64,000 bases of DNA from Candidatus Latescibacterota bacterium (lineage in GTDB: Bacteria; Latescibacterota; UBA2968; UBA8231), in the NCBI GenBank assembly GCA_965208105.1, contig OZ242318.1, positions 224,001 through 288,000 on the forward strand, written 5' to 3'. How positions within the stretch are numbered: the stretch's first letter is position 1; each line of letters starts with the position of its first letter. Below the pieces are notes generated by a model, which worked only from the letters and a program-made list of their open reading frames with translations, was not told the origin of the DNA and did not search any database. This document shows positions 30,356 through 38,348 of the stretch, in pieces. The position numbers were made by a program, and so were the translations under genes.

Positions 30356-31294
30356 ATGTCCACACGAGTGGTTTATTTCAACGGCGAGTTCGTACCCGAG
30401 CGCGATGCGCGCATATCGATCTTCGATTGCGCCCTGCTGTTCGGCGACATGGTCTTCGAGATGACCCGTACCTTCCGCCACAAGCCCTTTCGCCTGCGCC
30501 AGCATCTCGACCGGCTCTACGGGTCGCTGCGCTACGCCCGCATCGATTGCGGTCTCGACATCGATGCGATGGAGGCGGCGACCTTCGAGACGGTGGAGCG
30601 CAATCTGCCCGTTCTGGGCGATCTGGACTTTCTGATCATGCACAACGTCACCCGCGGGGCCCTGCACTACTATGACGGCCTGGTGCGCGAGGGCGTGGCG
30701 CCGGTGGTCACCATCAACATCTTTCCCCTGGTTCGGCATCTCGGAGCGGTGGCAGCGAGGTACGCCGAGGGCGCCCATTGTGTCGTCACTCCACAGCAGT
30801 CGGTGCCTTCCCGTTTCATCGACCCCAAGGCCAAGAACCGCAGCCGCATCTTCTATAAGCTCGCCGACCTGCAGGCCGAGCAGATGGAGCCGGGAGCCAT
30901 GCCGCTGTTGACCGACGAGCACGGCTTCCTCACCGAGGGGTCGGGCAACAACTTCTTCATGGTGAGGGACGGGGAAATAGTCACCCCCAAGGGGCACAAT
31001 ATTCTGCGTGGAGTCTCGCGGTCCGCCTGCATGGACCTGGCCGAAAAGCTGGGCCTGCCGCTGCGCGAGGCCGATATAGAGCCCTACGACGTGCGCGCCG
31101 CCGACGAGGCCTGGTGCACCAGCACCATCGTCTCCATGATCCCCGTATGCCGCTTCAACTTCCAGGAGGTGGGGAACGGAAGACCGGGTCCCGTCTACCG
31201 CCGCCTGCTCGGCGCCTGGTGCGAGGAGGTGGGGGTGGATATCCCGTCCCAGGCACTCCAGTACGCCTCCTGCATGGATAGCTGGACCCCCTGA
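30356..31294 (+). CDS. Class IV PLP aminotransferase (branched-chain/D-amino-acid type)
   Basis: YFNGEF, FGDMVFE, HLDRL, KAKNRSR, EGSGNNFF, ILRGVSR. Confidence 0.9.
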   Translation: MSTRVVYFNGEFVPERDARISIFDCALLFGDMVFEMTRTFRHKPFRLRQHLDRLYGSLRYARIDCGLDIDAMEAATFETVERNLPVLGDLDFLIMHNVTRGALHYYDGLVREGVAPVVTINIFPLVRHLGAVAARYAEGAHCVVTPQQSVPSRFIDPKAKNRSRIFYKLADLQAEQMEPGAMPLLTDEHGFLTEGSGNNFFMVRDGEIVTPKGHNILRGVSRSACMDLAEKLGLPLREADIEPYDVRAADEAWCTSTIVSMIPVCRFNFQEVGNGRPGPVYRRLLGAWCEEVGVDIPSQALQYASCMDSWTP

Positions 31295-31423
31295 GCAATG
31301 CCCGCCCGAGGCAGCCCAGGTTCCCCGCGGTCCTCTCCGGACAACCTGGCCGTCTATCCTGCCAGGGCGGTGGAAGGGAGCCTTGCGCCCTTCCGGCGCC
31401 AGGAGAAATTCCCCTGGATCCAA

Positions 31424-31457
31424 GCAGGTCGTTGAAAAAGTCCATCCGGGCTGCTAG
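31424..31457. repeat. 31-bp short form of the copy-A-type element (copy C)
   Basis: GCAGGTCGTTGAAAAAGTCCATCCGGGCTGC+TAG, near-identical to 11059-11089. Confidence 0.8.
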
Positions 31458-31620
31458 TGCCTGCTTGCGCAATTCCGCGTGAATTCGGCCGCCGCTGCAT
31501 CCCGGCTCGCGGCGTTGCCCTCCCTCGCCGTACACTCTAGGTACGACTCGCTCAGGCGCCTTGCGAGCCGGGCGCTTCTGCGCCCTCGTTCGTACGCATA
31601 ATTACGCAAGCAGGCACTAG
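31454..31620. repeat. ~165-bp palindromic element, copy D
   Basis: CTAGTGCCTGCTTGCGCAATT ... AATTACGCAAGCAGGCACTAG (20/21 inverted match); right CTAG is the stop of the PhyH gene; shared core. Confidence 0.9.
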
Positions 31621-32471
31621 TGGGCGTAGTGGTTCTTGGGGTCGATCTCGCCGCAGCGTTCCCTGACGATTTCCTTGGTGTGGTTGTAGGGCGCCAGCTC
31701 GATCATTTCCAGGGTTTCGGGAGAGAGGCGGGCGCGGAGCTCACCTGAGAAGGGGGTGAGCGAGCTGGTCACCGCGTGCTGCACGTTGTAGCGCATGATG
31801 AGGAAGCGGCGGTCCCGGTCCCTCGGTTTCCAGTTGAGCACCCCGTGGATGAGGCGCTCGGAGATGATGATCACGTCGCCGGCGCGGGCGGGGAAGTTCT
31901 GCACGCCAAGGGGCACGAAGTCGGCCATGTAGCCCTCGTTGTCGTAGGTGCTCTGGTAGTACATGTCCTTGGGCAGCACGAAGTTGCTCTTGTGCGAGCC
32001 CGGCAGTACGATCAGGCCGCCGTCACCGGGGAGGACGTCGGTCAGGTAGAAGAAGAAGATGAAGTCCGTGCAGCGGATCTTGCCGTCCTCGGTGTAGTAG
32101 CGCCGGGTGTCCGGCTGCTTCTCCGGATTCCAGCCGGCGTGCAGGGGATGGAACCAGTGGCGGTGGTGGTTGTGGCCCAGGGTGCCGCTGGTGAAGCGAG
32201 GTCTGTAGTTGGTCAACTCCATCAGGATGGGCCAGGTGGCAGGGTGGACGACGAGAACTTCCAGGGCCTTGTCGAAAGCGAATCCGTTCGTGTAGCCCGT
32301 GAGGTCGGGGCGGTCCAGGTCTGCGCCGAAGCCGGCCGGCCAGTCCTCGGGAGCCATGCTGATGTAGCGGTCGGCGGCTTCCTGTGCGGGTTTGAGCTCC
32401 TCCTCGCTCAGCACGTTCTTGATGTGGAGGTAGCCCGCCACGTCGAAAAAGTAGCGCTGCTCCGGGGTCAT
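31617..32471 (-). CDS. PhyH family Fe(II)/2OG enzyme with HxG motif
   Basis: MTPEQRYFFDVAGYL, LHAG, DGGLIVLPGSHKSNF, AGDVIIISERLIHG, RRFL. Confidence 0.85.
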   Translation of the reverse strand: MTPEQRYFFDVAGYLHIKNVLSEEELKPAQEAADRYISMAPEDWPAGFGADLDRPDLTGYTNGFAFDKALEVLVVHPATWPILMELTNYRPRFTSGTLGHNHHRHWFHPLHAGWNPEKQPDTRRYYTEDGKIRCTDFIFFFYLTDVLPGDGGLIVLPGSHKSNFVLPKDMYYQSTYDNEGYMADFVPLGVQNFPARAGDVIIISERLIHGVLNWKPRDRDRRFLIMRYNVQHAVTSSLTPFSGELRARLSPETLEMIELAPYNHTKEIVRERCGEIDPKNHYAH

Positions 32472-32743
32472 TGGGGCATCTTTCTTTTGGTGTGGTGGTG
32501 GTGGTGACTTCCAGGTCCGTTCCCGGTCGAACGGCTGTCGCAAGGCTAAGTTAAGCATCGCCCCCCTCCTTTCCAGTCCCTCCACTCAGGCTGCATCCCT
32601 GATGCGGCCTCGTTTCGTCCTCCCGGCTCGGCGGCTTTCCAGGCCCCGCCTCCTGGCTTGCTCCTTTTCGGGCCTCGCCTTATCTTCGTTGCCCTCGAAT
32701 CCTCCTCTCACTGCACTGACACCAGGTCGAAAGAAAAAATTCC

Positions 32744-33886
32744 ATGAAAACTGATGTCGTCGAGCTCACCAGGGAGCTCATTTCATTCCCTTCCGTCAGC
32801 CTTTCCAGCAATGTCGCCGCCGCCCGCCACGCGGCCAGGGTCCTCAGGGCCTGCAAATTCGAGGTCGAAGAGGTGCCGTACACCGACGAGAACGGGGTGG
32901 AAAAACTCTCTCTCGCCGCCAGGCTGGGAAAGGGCAGGGGCGGGCTGTCGCTGATGAGCCACATCGACGTGGTGCCTGCCGCCATCGAGGACGGCTGGAG
33001 CGGAAACCCCTTCGAGGGCAGGCTGCAGGATGGCAAAATCTACGGCCGCGGCTCGTGCGACATGAAGGGTCCACTGGCCGCAACCCTCTGCGCCGCCTCC
33101 CGCTTCAAGGCGGCCGACCTCCAGGCCCCGCTCTACGTCATGATCACCGCCGACGAGGAGCGCCACGCCATGGGTGCCCGCCTTCTGGTGGACAAATCCA
33201 GGTTGTTCAAGGAGGCCAGAAGCGGCTACGGGCTCATCTGCGAACCCACGCGCCTGCGCGTGGTCTACGCTCACAAGGGCAGCCTGTCCATGTGCGTTAC
33301 CTCCAAGGGGCGGCCGGCCCACACCAGTACCACCAAGGGGGTCAACGCCAATATAAAGATGATTCCCTTCCTCAACGACATGCTTAAGATAAGAAATCAG
33401 GTTTTGACTTCCAAACGGTTCCGCAACAAAGATTTCAATCCACCATATTCTGATCTGAATATCACCGTCAACGACCACAACATCGCCATCAACATCTTCC
33501 CCGCCCAGAGCACCTGCTACCTTCTCTACCGGCCCATGCCGGGAGTGGACACCGAGGCCCTGGTCAGGAGGGTGAAGGACTGCGCCAGCAAGCGCGGGGT
33601 CAAGTGCCAGGTGCGCCGGGGCGGCCTTCCCCTGTACACTCCTCCCGATTCTGCGCTGGTGCGGACCGCCCTGAAGCTCAGCGGAACCCGTACTCCCTCC
33701 ACCGTGTCCTACGGCACCGACGGCATGGCCTACACCAGGGGAATGAAGCAGCTGGTCGTCCTCGGTCCCGGGGACATCGCCCAGGCCCACACCGCCGACG
33801 AGTGGGTCTCCGTCGACCAGCTCCACAAGGCGGTTGACCTCTACACCCGCTTCATCGATCACGTGTGCGTCCGGAATCTCCCCTAG
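32744..33886 (+). CDS. argE: M20 family metallopeptidase, acetylornithine deacetylase-like
   Basis: SHIDVVP, GRGSCDMKG, ADEE, CEPT, AHKG, YGTDG, GPGDIAQAHTADE. Confidence 0.8.
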   Translation: MKTDVVELTRELISFPSVSLSSNVAAARHAARVLRACKFEVEEVPYTDENGVEKLSLAARLGKGRGGLSLMSHIDVVPAAIEDGWSGNPFEGRLQDGKIYGRGSCDMKGPLAATLCAASRFKAADLQAPLYVMITADEERHAMGARLLVDKSRLFKEARSGYGLICEPTRLRVVYAHKGSLSMCVTSKGRPAHTSTTKGVNANIKMIPFLNDMLKIRNQVLTSKRFRNKDFNPPYSDLNITVNDHNIAINIFPAQSTCYLLYRPMPGVDTEALVRRVKDCASKRGVKCQVRRGGLPLYTPPDSALVRTALKLSGTRTPSTVSYGTDGMAYTRGMKQLVVLGPGDIAQAHTADEWVSVDQLHKAVDLYTRFIDHVCVRNLP

Positions 33887-33922
33887 AAACCCTTTCAGAT
33901 TCAGAACTAATCCTGCCTGGTT

Positions 33923-34086
33923 CCGGTGCCTGCCCGCGCAACTTGGCTGGAATTCGGCCGCCGCATCCCCGTCCCGCAGGGTTGCCCGTCCTCGCCGCAC
34001 ACCACCGCCAGGACTCGCCCAGGAGCCTTGCGAGCCGGGCGCTTCGACACCTCGTTCGCTGGGTTGATCAGGCGCGCAGGCAGCAG
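33923..34086. repeat. Degenerate copy F of the ~165-bp element (D subtype)
   Basis: GTGCCTGC...GAATTCGGCCGCCGC...GCCTTGCGAGCCGGGCGCTTC...CCTCGTTCG...GCAGGCA aligns end to end with 31454-31620. Confidence 0.8.
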
Positions 34087-34142
34087 CCGGCAGAAGCATG
34101 CCTGGCCTCGACAGGGCGGAGCCCAGGCGGTGGTCCTCCTGC

Positions 34143-35348
34143 TCACCCGGCAGGAAGGTGAGTCTTCCCCCCAACCAGGTGGTCCATCAGCTCGTGGCCG
34201 TGGTCCAGGTGCAGGGATCCCTCCTCGGCGCTGCGTTCGTTGTAGGCGCTCAGGCGGTCTGCGGCCAGGCCGCTGCCCCAGAGGACGAAGGGCACCGGCT
34301 CGCGGCTGTGGGTGCGCAGGACGACCGGGGTGCGGTGGTCCGGGGCCAGGAGGATGCGGCAGGGGCCCAGTTGGGTGACGCCCTCGAGGATCCGCCCCAC
34401 CACCAGGCGGTCGAAATCTTCCAGTGCCCGGATTTTTGCGGCCGCATCTCCGTTGTGTCCGGCCTCGTCCGGAGCTTCCACGTGCAGGTAGACGAGGTCG
34501 CAGCGCTCAAGCGCCGCCAGGGCGTGGCTTGCCTTGCCGCCGTAGTTCGTGTCCAGGTACCCCGTTATTCCCGGAACCTGGATGACCTGGAGGCCGGCGG
34601 CGAGGCCGATGCCGCGCACCAGGTCCACCGCCGAAATCACCCCCGCCTCCAGTCCGAATTTCTCCCTGAATGCCTCGAGCCGCGGCGCCCGGCCCGATCC
34701 CCATAACCAGATGGAGTTCGCCGGAGGCCGGCCGGCCTCGGCGCGGCTGCGGTTGACCTGTGCCCGCGCCAGGACGGGCTCGGCCGCCCGCATCAGGGAG
34801 CGGATGGCCTGCTGCCCTTCTCCCGAGGGCAGGTGGGCTGCCATGGACTGACCCATGATATCGTGGGGAGGATAGGAGGTGAGGTCGCCGGGCCCCTTCT
34901 CGTATACCAGCAGGTGGCGGTAGCCCACCCCCGGGTGGAAGCGAACGCCCTCCCGGCCCAGCTCGTCATCGAGGGCCTCGATCAGGGCCTGGCCTTCGGC
35001 GCTGGAAATATGGCCGGCGCTGTAGTCCACCAGGGTATCGCCGCGGCGATGGATCAGGTTGCAGCGAAAGGCGACCGCCTCCGGCCCCAGCTCGATTCCC
35101 ATGCTCACGGCCTCGAGGGGCGCCCGGCCGGTGTAGTGCACCCGGCTGTCGTAGCCGAAGATCTCCAGGTTGCCGATATCGCTCCCGGCTGGCCTCGAGG
35201 GCGGAATGACCTGGACCAGCCCGCCCAGTCCCTCGCGGGCAAGCCGGTCCATATTCGGCGTGCCAGCAGCCTCCAGGGGGGTCCGGCCCTGCAGCTCTTC
35301 GAGCCCGTAATCAGCCGCCCCGTCCGGAACCAGTACCAGAAATTTCAA
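34143..35348 (-). CDS. apgM: Cofactor-independent phosphoglycerate mutase, archaeal-type (ApgM)
   Basis: KFLVLVPDGAAD, TPLEAAGTPNMD, GSDIGNL, YTGRAPLEA, AFRCN, DYSAGHI, HVEAPDEAGH, PDHRTP; TTG start after GGAGG. Confidence 0.9.
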   Translation of the reverse strand: MKFLVLVPDGAADYGLEELQGRTPLEAAGTPNMDRLAREGLGGLVQVIPPSRPAGSDIGNLEIFGYDSRVHYTGRAPLEAVSMGIELGPEAVAFRCNLIHRRGDTLVDYSAGHISSAEGQALIEALDDELGREGVRFHPGVGYRHLLVYEKGPGDLTSYPPHDIMGQSMAAHLPSGEGQQAIRSLMRAAEPVLARAQVNRSRAEAGRPPANSIWLWGSGRAPRLEAFREKFGLEAGVISAVDLVRGIGLAAGLQVIQVPGITGYLDTNYGGKASHALAALERCDLVYLHVEAPDEAGHNGDAAAKIRALEDFDRLVVGRILEGVTQLGPCRILLAPDHRTPVVLRTHSREPVPFVLWGSGLAADRLSAYNERSAEEGSLHLDHGHELMDHLVGGKTHLPAG

Positions 35349-35625
35349 CGCCTGGACCTCCTCCATGCCGGAAACTTGCCGCGCGGTCTCCACCCGTTCC
35401 AACCAGCCGGGCGCCGCTCCTGCCGCCGGCGGCCCCTGCCGGCAGAGATCGTCCCGCCGGCGGCCGCCTGTCTTCAGGCGGATCAGGCCTGCCATGGCCA
35501 GATCCACAGCATTCCCTCCGGCAGAGATTCTAATAGTAGCGCTATCCCGCAGACTCTACAACCATGCCGCGGGAGCAATCGGTCCGGGTTGCTCCACGAT
35601 TCGTCCGCGCCTACCTTCTGGCGCC

Positions 35626-36549
35626 ATGACCCGCTTCCAGAAACTGCTGCTGGCCACCATCCTGACCACCTTTCTGCTGATTGCCCTGGGTGGGTTCGTG
35701 CGCGCCGCCGGCGCCGGCCTGGGCTGTCCCGACTGGCCGCGGTGCTTCGACCGCTGGATCCCGCCAACGAGCGCAGACCAACTGCCGCCCCATATCGACC
35801 CGGCGCTCTTCAATTTCAAGCTCGCCTGGATCGAGTACGTCAATCGCATCGTGGGAATGGTGGTCGGCCTTCTGATCCTGGCCACCGCCCTCATGGCCTG
35901 GCGCGACCACCGCAGCGAGAGGCGCATCTTCGCTCCGGTCCAGGGGGCCCTCGTCGCGGTGGCCTTCCAGGGTTGGTTCGGAGGGCAGGTGGTGGTCCAC
36001 GATCTCGACCCCCGTCTCGTCACCGTCCACCTCTTCGTCGCCCTGCTCATCGTCGGTCTCCTGCTCTATGCCGCCTTCGCCAGCTTTTTCCCCGCCCCCG
36101 CGCCATCCGCGCTGCCGGGGCGGCAGCGCCGCTTCGCCCGCATGGTCTGCCTGGTCATCGCCATCTCCCTGGTCCAGATGTTTCTCGGCGCCATGGTGCG
36201 CGGCAGCATCGACCTCACCGCGGCGGGGTCGCCTGAAATGGACCGCGGGCTCCTCCTGGGGCAGGTGGGTTCCCTGGACCACCTGCACCGCGCCACGGGA
36301 CTTCTCACCTTTCTGAGCTGCTGGTGCCTGTTCTGGAGCGCCCGCCGTTCCTTCCCCGGCGCTCCGGCCCTGCGCCGTTTCGCCCTGGTCCCCGCCCTCG
36401 TCGTCACGGGTCAATTCGGCGCCGGCCTGGGACTGGCCTACCTCGCCCTGCCCCCGGGCCTCCAGGTGGTCCACGTGGCCCTGGCCAGTCTCCTGCTCGG
36501 AGGCCTGATCCTCACCGCCCTGCGCGCCGGGCGGCCTGCCCACGGCTGA
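35626..36549 (+). CDS. ctaA: Heme A synthase (COX15/CtaA)
   Basis: GGFVRAAGAGLGCPDWPRC, WIEYVNR, VTVHL, HLHR, VVHV; about 8 TM segments. Confidence 0.88.
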   Translation: MTRFQKLLLATILTTFLLIALGGFVRAAGAGLGCPDWPRCFDRWIPPTSADQLPPHIDPALFNFKLAWIEYVNRIVGMVVGLLILATALMAWRDHRSERRIFAPVQGALVAVAFQGWFGGQVVVHDLDPRLVTVHLFVALLIVGLLLYAAFASFFPAPAPSALPGRQRRFARMVCLVIAISLVQMFLGAMVRGSIDLTAAGSPEMDRGLLLGQVGSLDHLHRATGLLTFLSCWCLFWSARRSFPGAPALRRFALVPALVVTGQFGAGLGLAYLALPPGLQVVHVALASLLLGGLILTALRAGRPAHG

Positions 36550-36655
36550 TTCATCCGCCGCCAGGGCCGGCCGAGGATGCCGCCATATTGAAGAATGTTT
36601 ATATTCTCGACCCACGCGCGGAAACCCAGCCGGAATTCCATATACGCCAGCTCAT

Positions 36656-38320
36656 ATGACGACGATGACTAACCGGGAACTGGTGCAGCGCTGGAGCCGG
36701 GAGCCGGCGCCGCTCCTGCCCCTGCTGCACGCCTTTCACGACCGCGACGGCTTCCTCTCGGAGGAGGCCATGAGGGAAATTTCCCGGGGACTGCGCATGC
36801 CCCTTGCAGAGGTATTCGGCACCTCGACCTTCTACCACCACCTGGCGCGCACTCCTCCGGGGCAGAGGTCCCCGAGGGTGTGCACCGGTCCCAGCTGCTG
36901 CCTGCGCGGGGGCAGAGAGCTCCTGCAATCACTCGGCGACGCCACCCCCATGCCCTGCGCCGGCCGCTGCGACGATCCCGTGCCGGTGCTCCGGGGCCGC
37001 GAGGTGCTCGTGGGCACCCTCCCTGACCGGCTCGAAGTCCGTCCTTCGCCTGAGCCTCCGCCCAACCCTGGTGGGGCGGAAGAGTGTGTCTTCGCCCATA
37101 TCCGCGAACCGGACCGCGCCGCTCTCGCCGGCTATCGCCGCACCGGGGGATACGAGGGCCTGGTGCGGGCGGTCGAGGATATGACCCCTGAGGAGGTCGT
37201 CGATCTGGTGACGGACAGCAAGCTGGCAGGCCGCGGCGGCGCCGGTTTCCCCACGGGACTCAAGTGGAGAGCCGTGGCCGAGGCGGCGGGGACGCCCAAG
37301 ACCATCGTCTGCAACGCCGACGAGGGGGAACCGGGCTGCTTCAAGGACCGGGCGCTCATGGACCTGGATCCCCATGCGGTCATCGAAGGCATGGTCCTGG
37401 CCGCCTACGCCACCGGCGCCACCCGCGGCTTCATCTACCTGCGCTATGAGTATCCGCACACCTTCGACATCCTCGAGGGGGCGATGGCGGAAGCCAGGAC
37501 CGCGGGTCTCACCGGCGCCGGCATCCTGGGGACGGACTTCAGCTTCGACCTCCACCTGCGCCGGGGCGCAGGAGCCTATATCTGCGGCGAAGAGGGCGCG
37601 CTCCTGAACAGCCTGGAGGGCAAGCGGCCGCTGCCGCGCAACCGCCCTCCCTTTCCTGTGACCCACGGCTACGAGAACCTGCCCACGGTGGTCAACAACG
37701 TGGAGACCCTGGCCTCGGTTCCCCCCATCCTGCGACTCGGCGCCGATTGGTACGGCGGTCTGGGACGCGACGGACAGGCGGGCACCAAGGTGGTCAGTCT
37801 TTCCGGAGACATCCTCCGCCCCGGCAACTACGAGGTCCCCCTGGGACTGCCCCTCCAGACCCTGCTCTACGACTGGGCCGGAGGCCCCGCTGCCGGACGC
37901 ACCATTCAGGCCGTCACCATGGCCGGCCTGTCGGGAGGATTCCTGGCCGGAGAGGACCTGGAGGTGACCCTCGACGAGGAGAGCATCAGGGGCAGGGGCT
38001 CCATGCTGGGCGCGGCGGGAATCATTGTGTTCGACGACAGCCGCGACATGGTGGACATTGCCCACCAGGCCATGGCCTTCTTCGCGGAGGAATCCTGCGG
38101 CAAGTGCTTCCCCTGCCGCATCGGCACCCAGCGTCTCAGCGAGCGGCTCTCCGGCGCCGCCGGCCCCCGCGAGCATGCCGCCTGGATCGATGAGGTCACC
38201 GACATGGGTCGGACCATGGAGGCGACCAGCGCCTGCGGACTGGGGATGGCCGCCCCCTTTGTCACCCGGAGCCTGATCAAGTATTTTCCGGACCAGATCG
38301 TCCGGCACCTGCAGTCGTGA
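36656..38320 (+). CDS. nuoF: NuoE-NuoF fusion; NAD(H)/FMN module of a NAD-linked formate dehydrogenase
   Basis: N-terminal CTGPSC..CAGRC [2Fe-2S]; GRGGAGFPTG, NADEGEPG, GAGAYICGEE, SCGKCFPCRIG..C [4Fe-4S]. Confidence 0.88.
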   Translation: MTTMTNRELVQRWSREPAPLLPLLHAFHDRDGFLSEEAMREISRGLRMPLAEVFGTSTFYHHLARTPPGQRSPRVCTGPSCCLRGGRELLQSLGDATPMPCAGRCDDPVPVLRGREVLVGTLPDRLEVRPSPEPPPNPGGAEECVFAHIREPDRAALAGYRRTGGYEGLVRAVEDMTPEEVVDLVTDSKLAGRGGAGFPTGLKWRAVAEAAGTPKTIVCNADEGEPGCFKDRALMDLDPHAVIEGMVLAAYATGATRGFIYLRYEYPHTFDILEGAMAEARTAGLTGAGILGTDFSFDLHLRRGAGAYICGEEGALLNSLEGKRPLPRNRPPFPVTHGYENLPTVVNNVETLASVPPILRLGADWYGGLGRDGQAGTKVVSLSGDILRPGNYEVPLGLPLQTLLYDWAGGPAAGRTIQAVTMAGLSGGFLAGEDLEVTLDEESIRGRGSMLGAAGIIVFDDSRDMVDIAHQAMAFFAEESCGKCFPCRIGTQRLSERLSGAAGPREHAAWIDEVTDMGRTMEATSACGLGMAAPFVTRSLIKYFPDQIVRHLQS

Positions 38321-38348
38321 AATCGGGAAAACGAGAAAGGAAATTGCG

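Noticed and set aside
34143-35348. Archaeal-type ApgM as further evidence of an archaeal island
   Set aside because: ApgM-type mutases are widespread in bacteria, and the gene is about 18 kb from pok-pps
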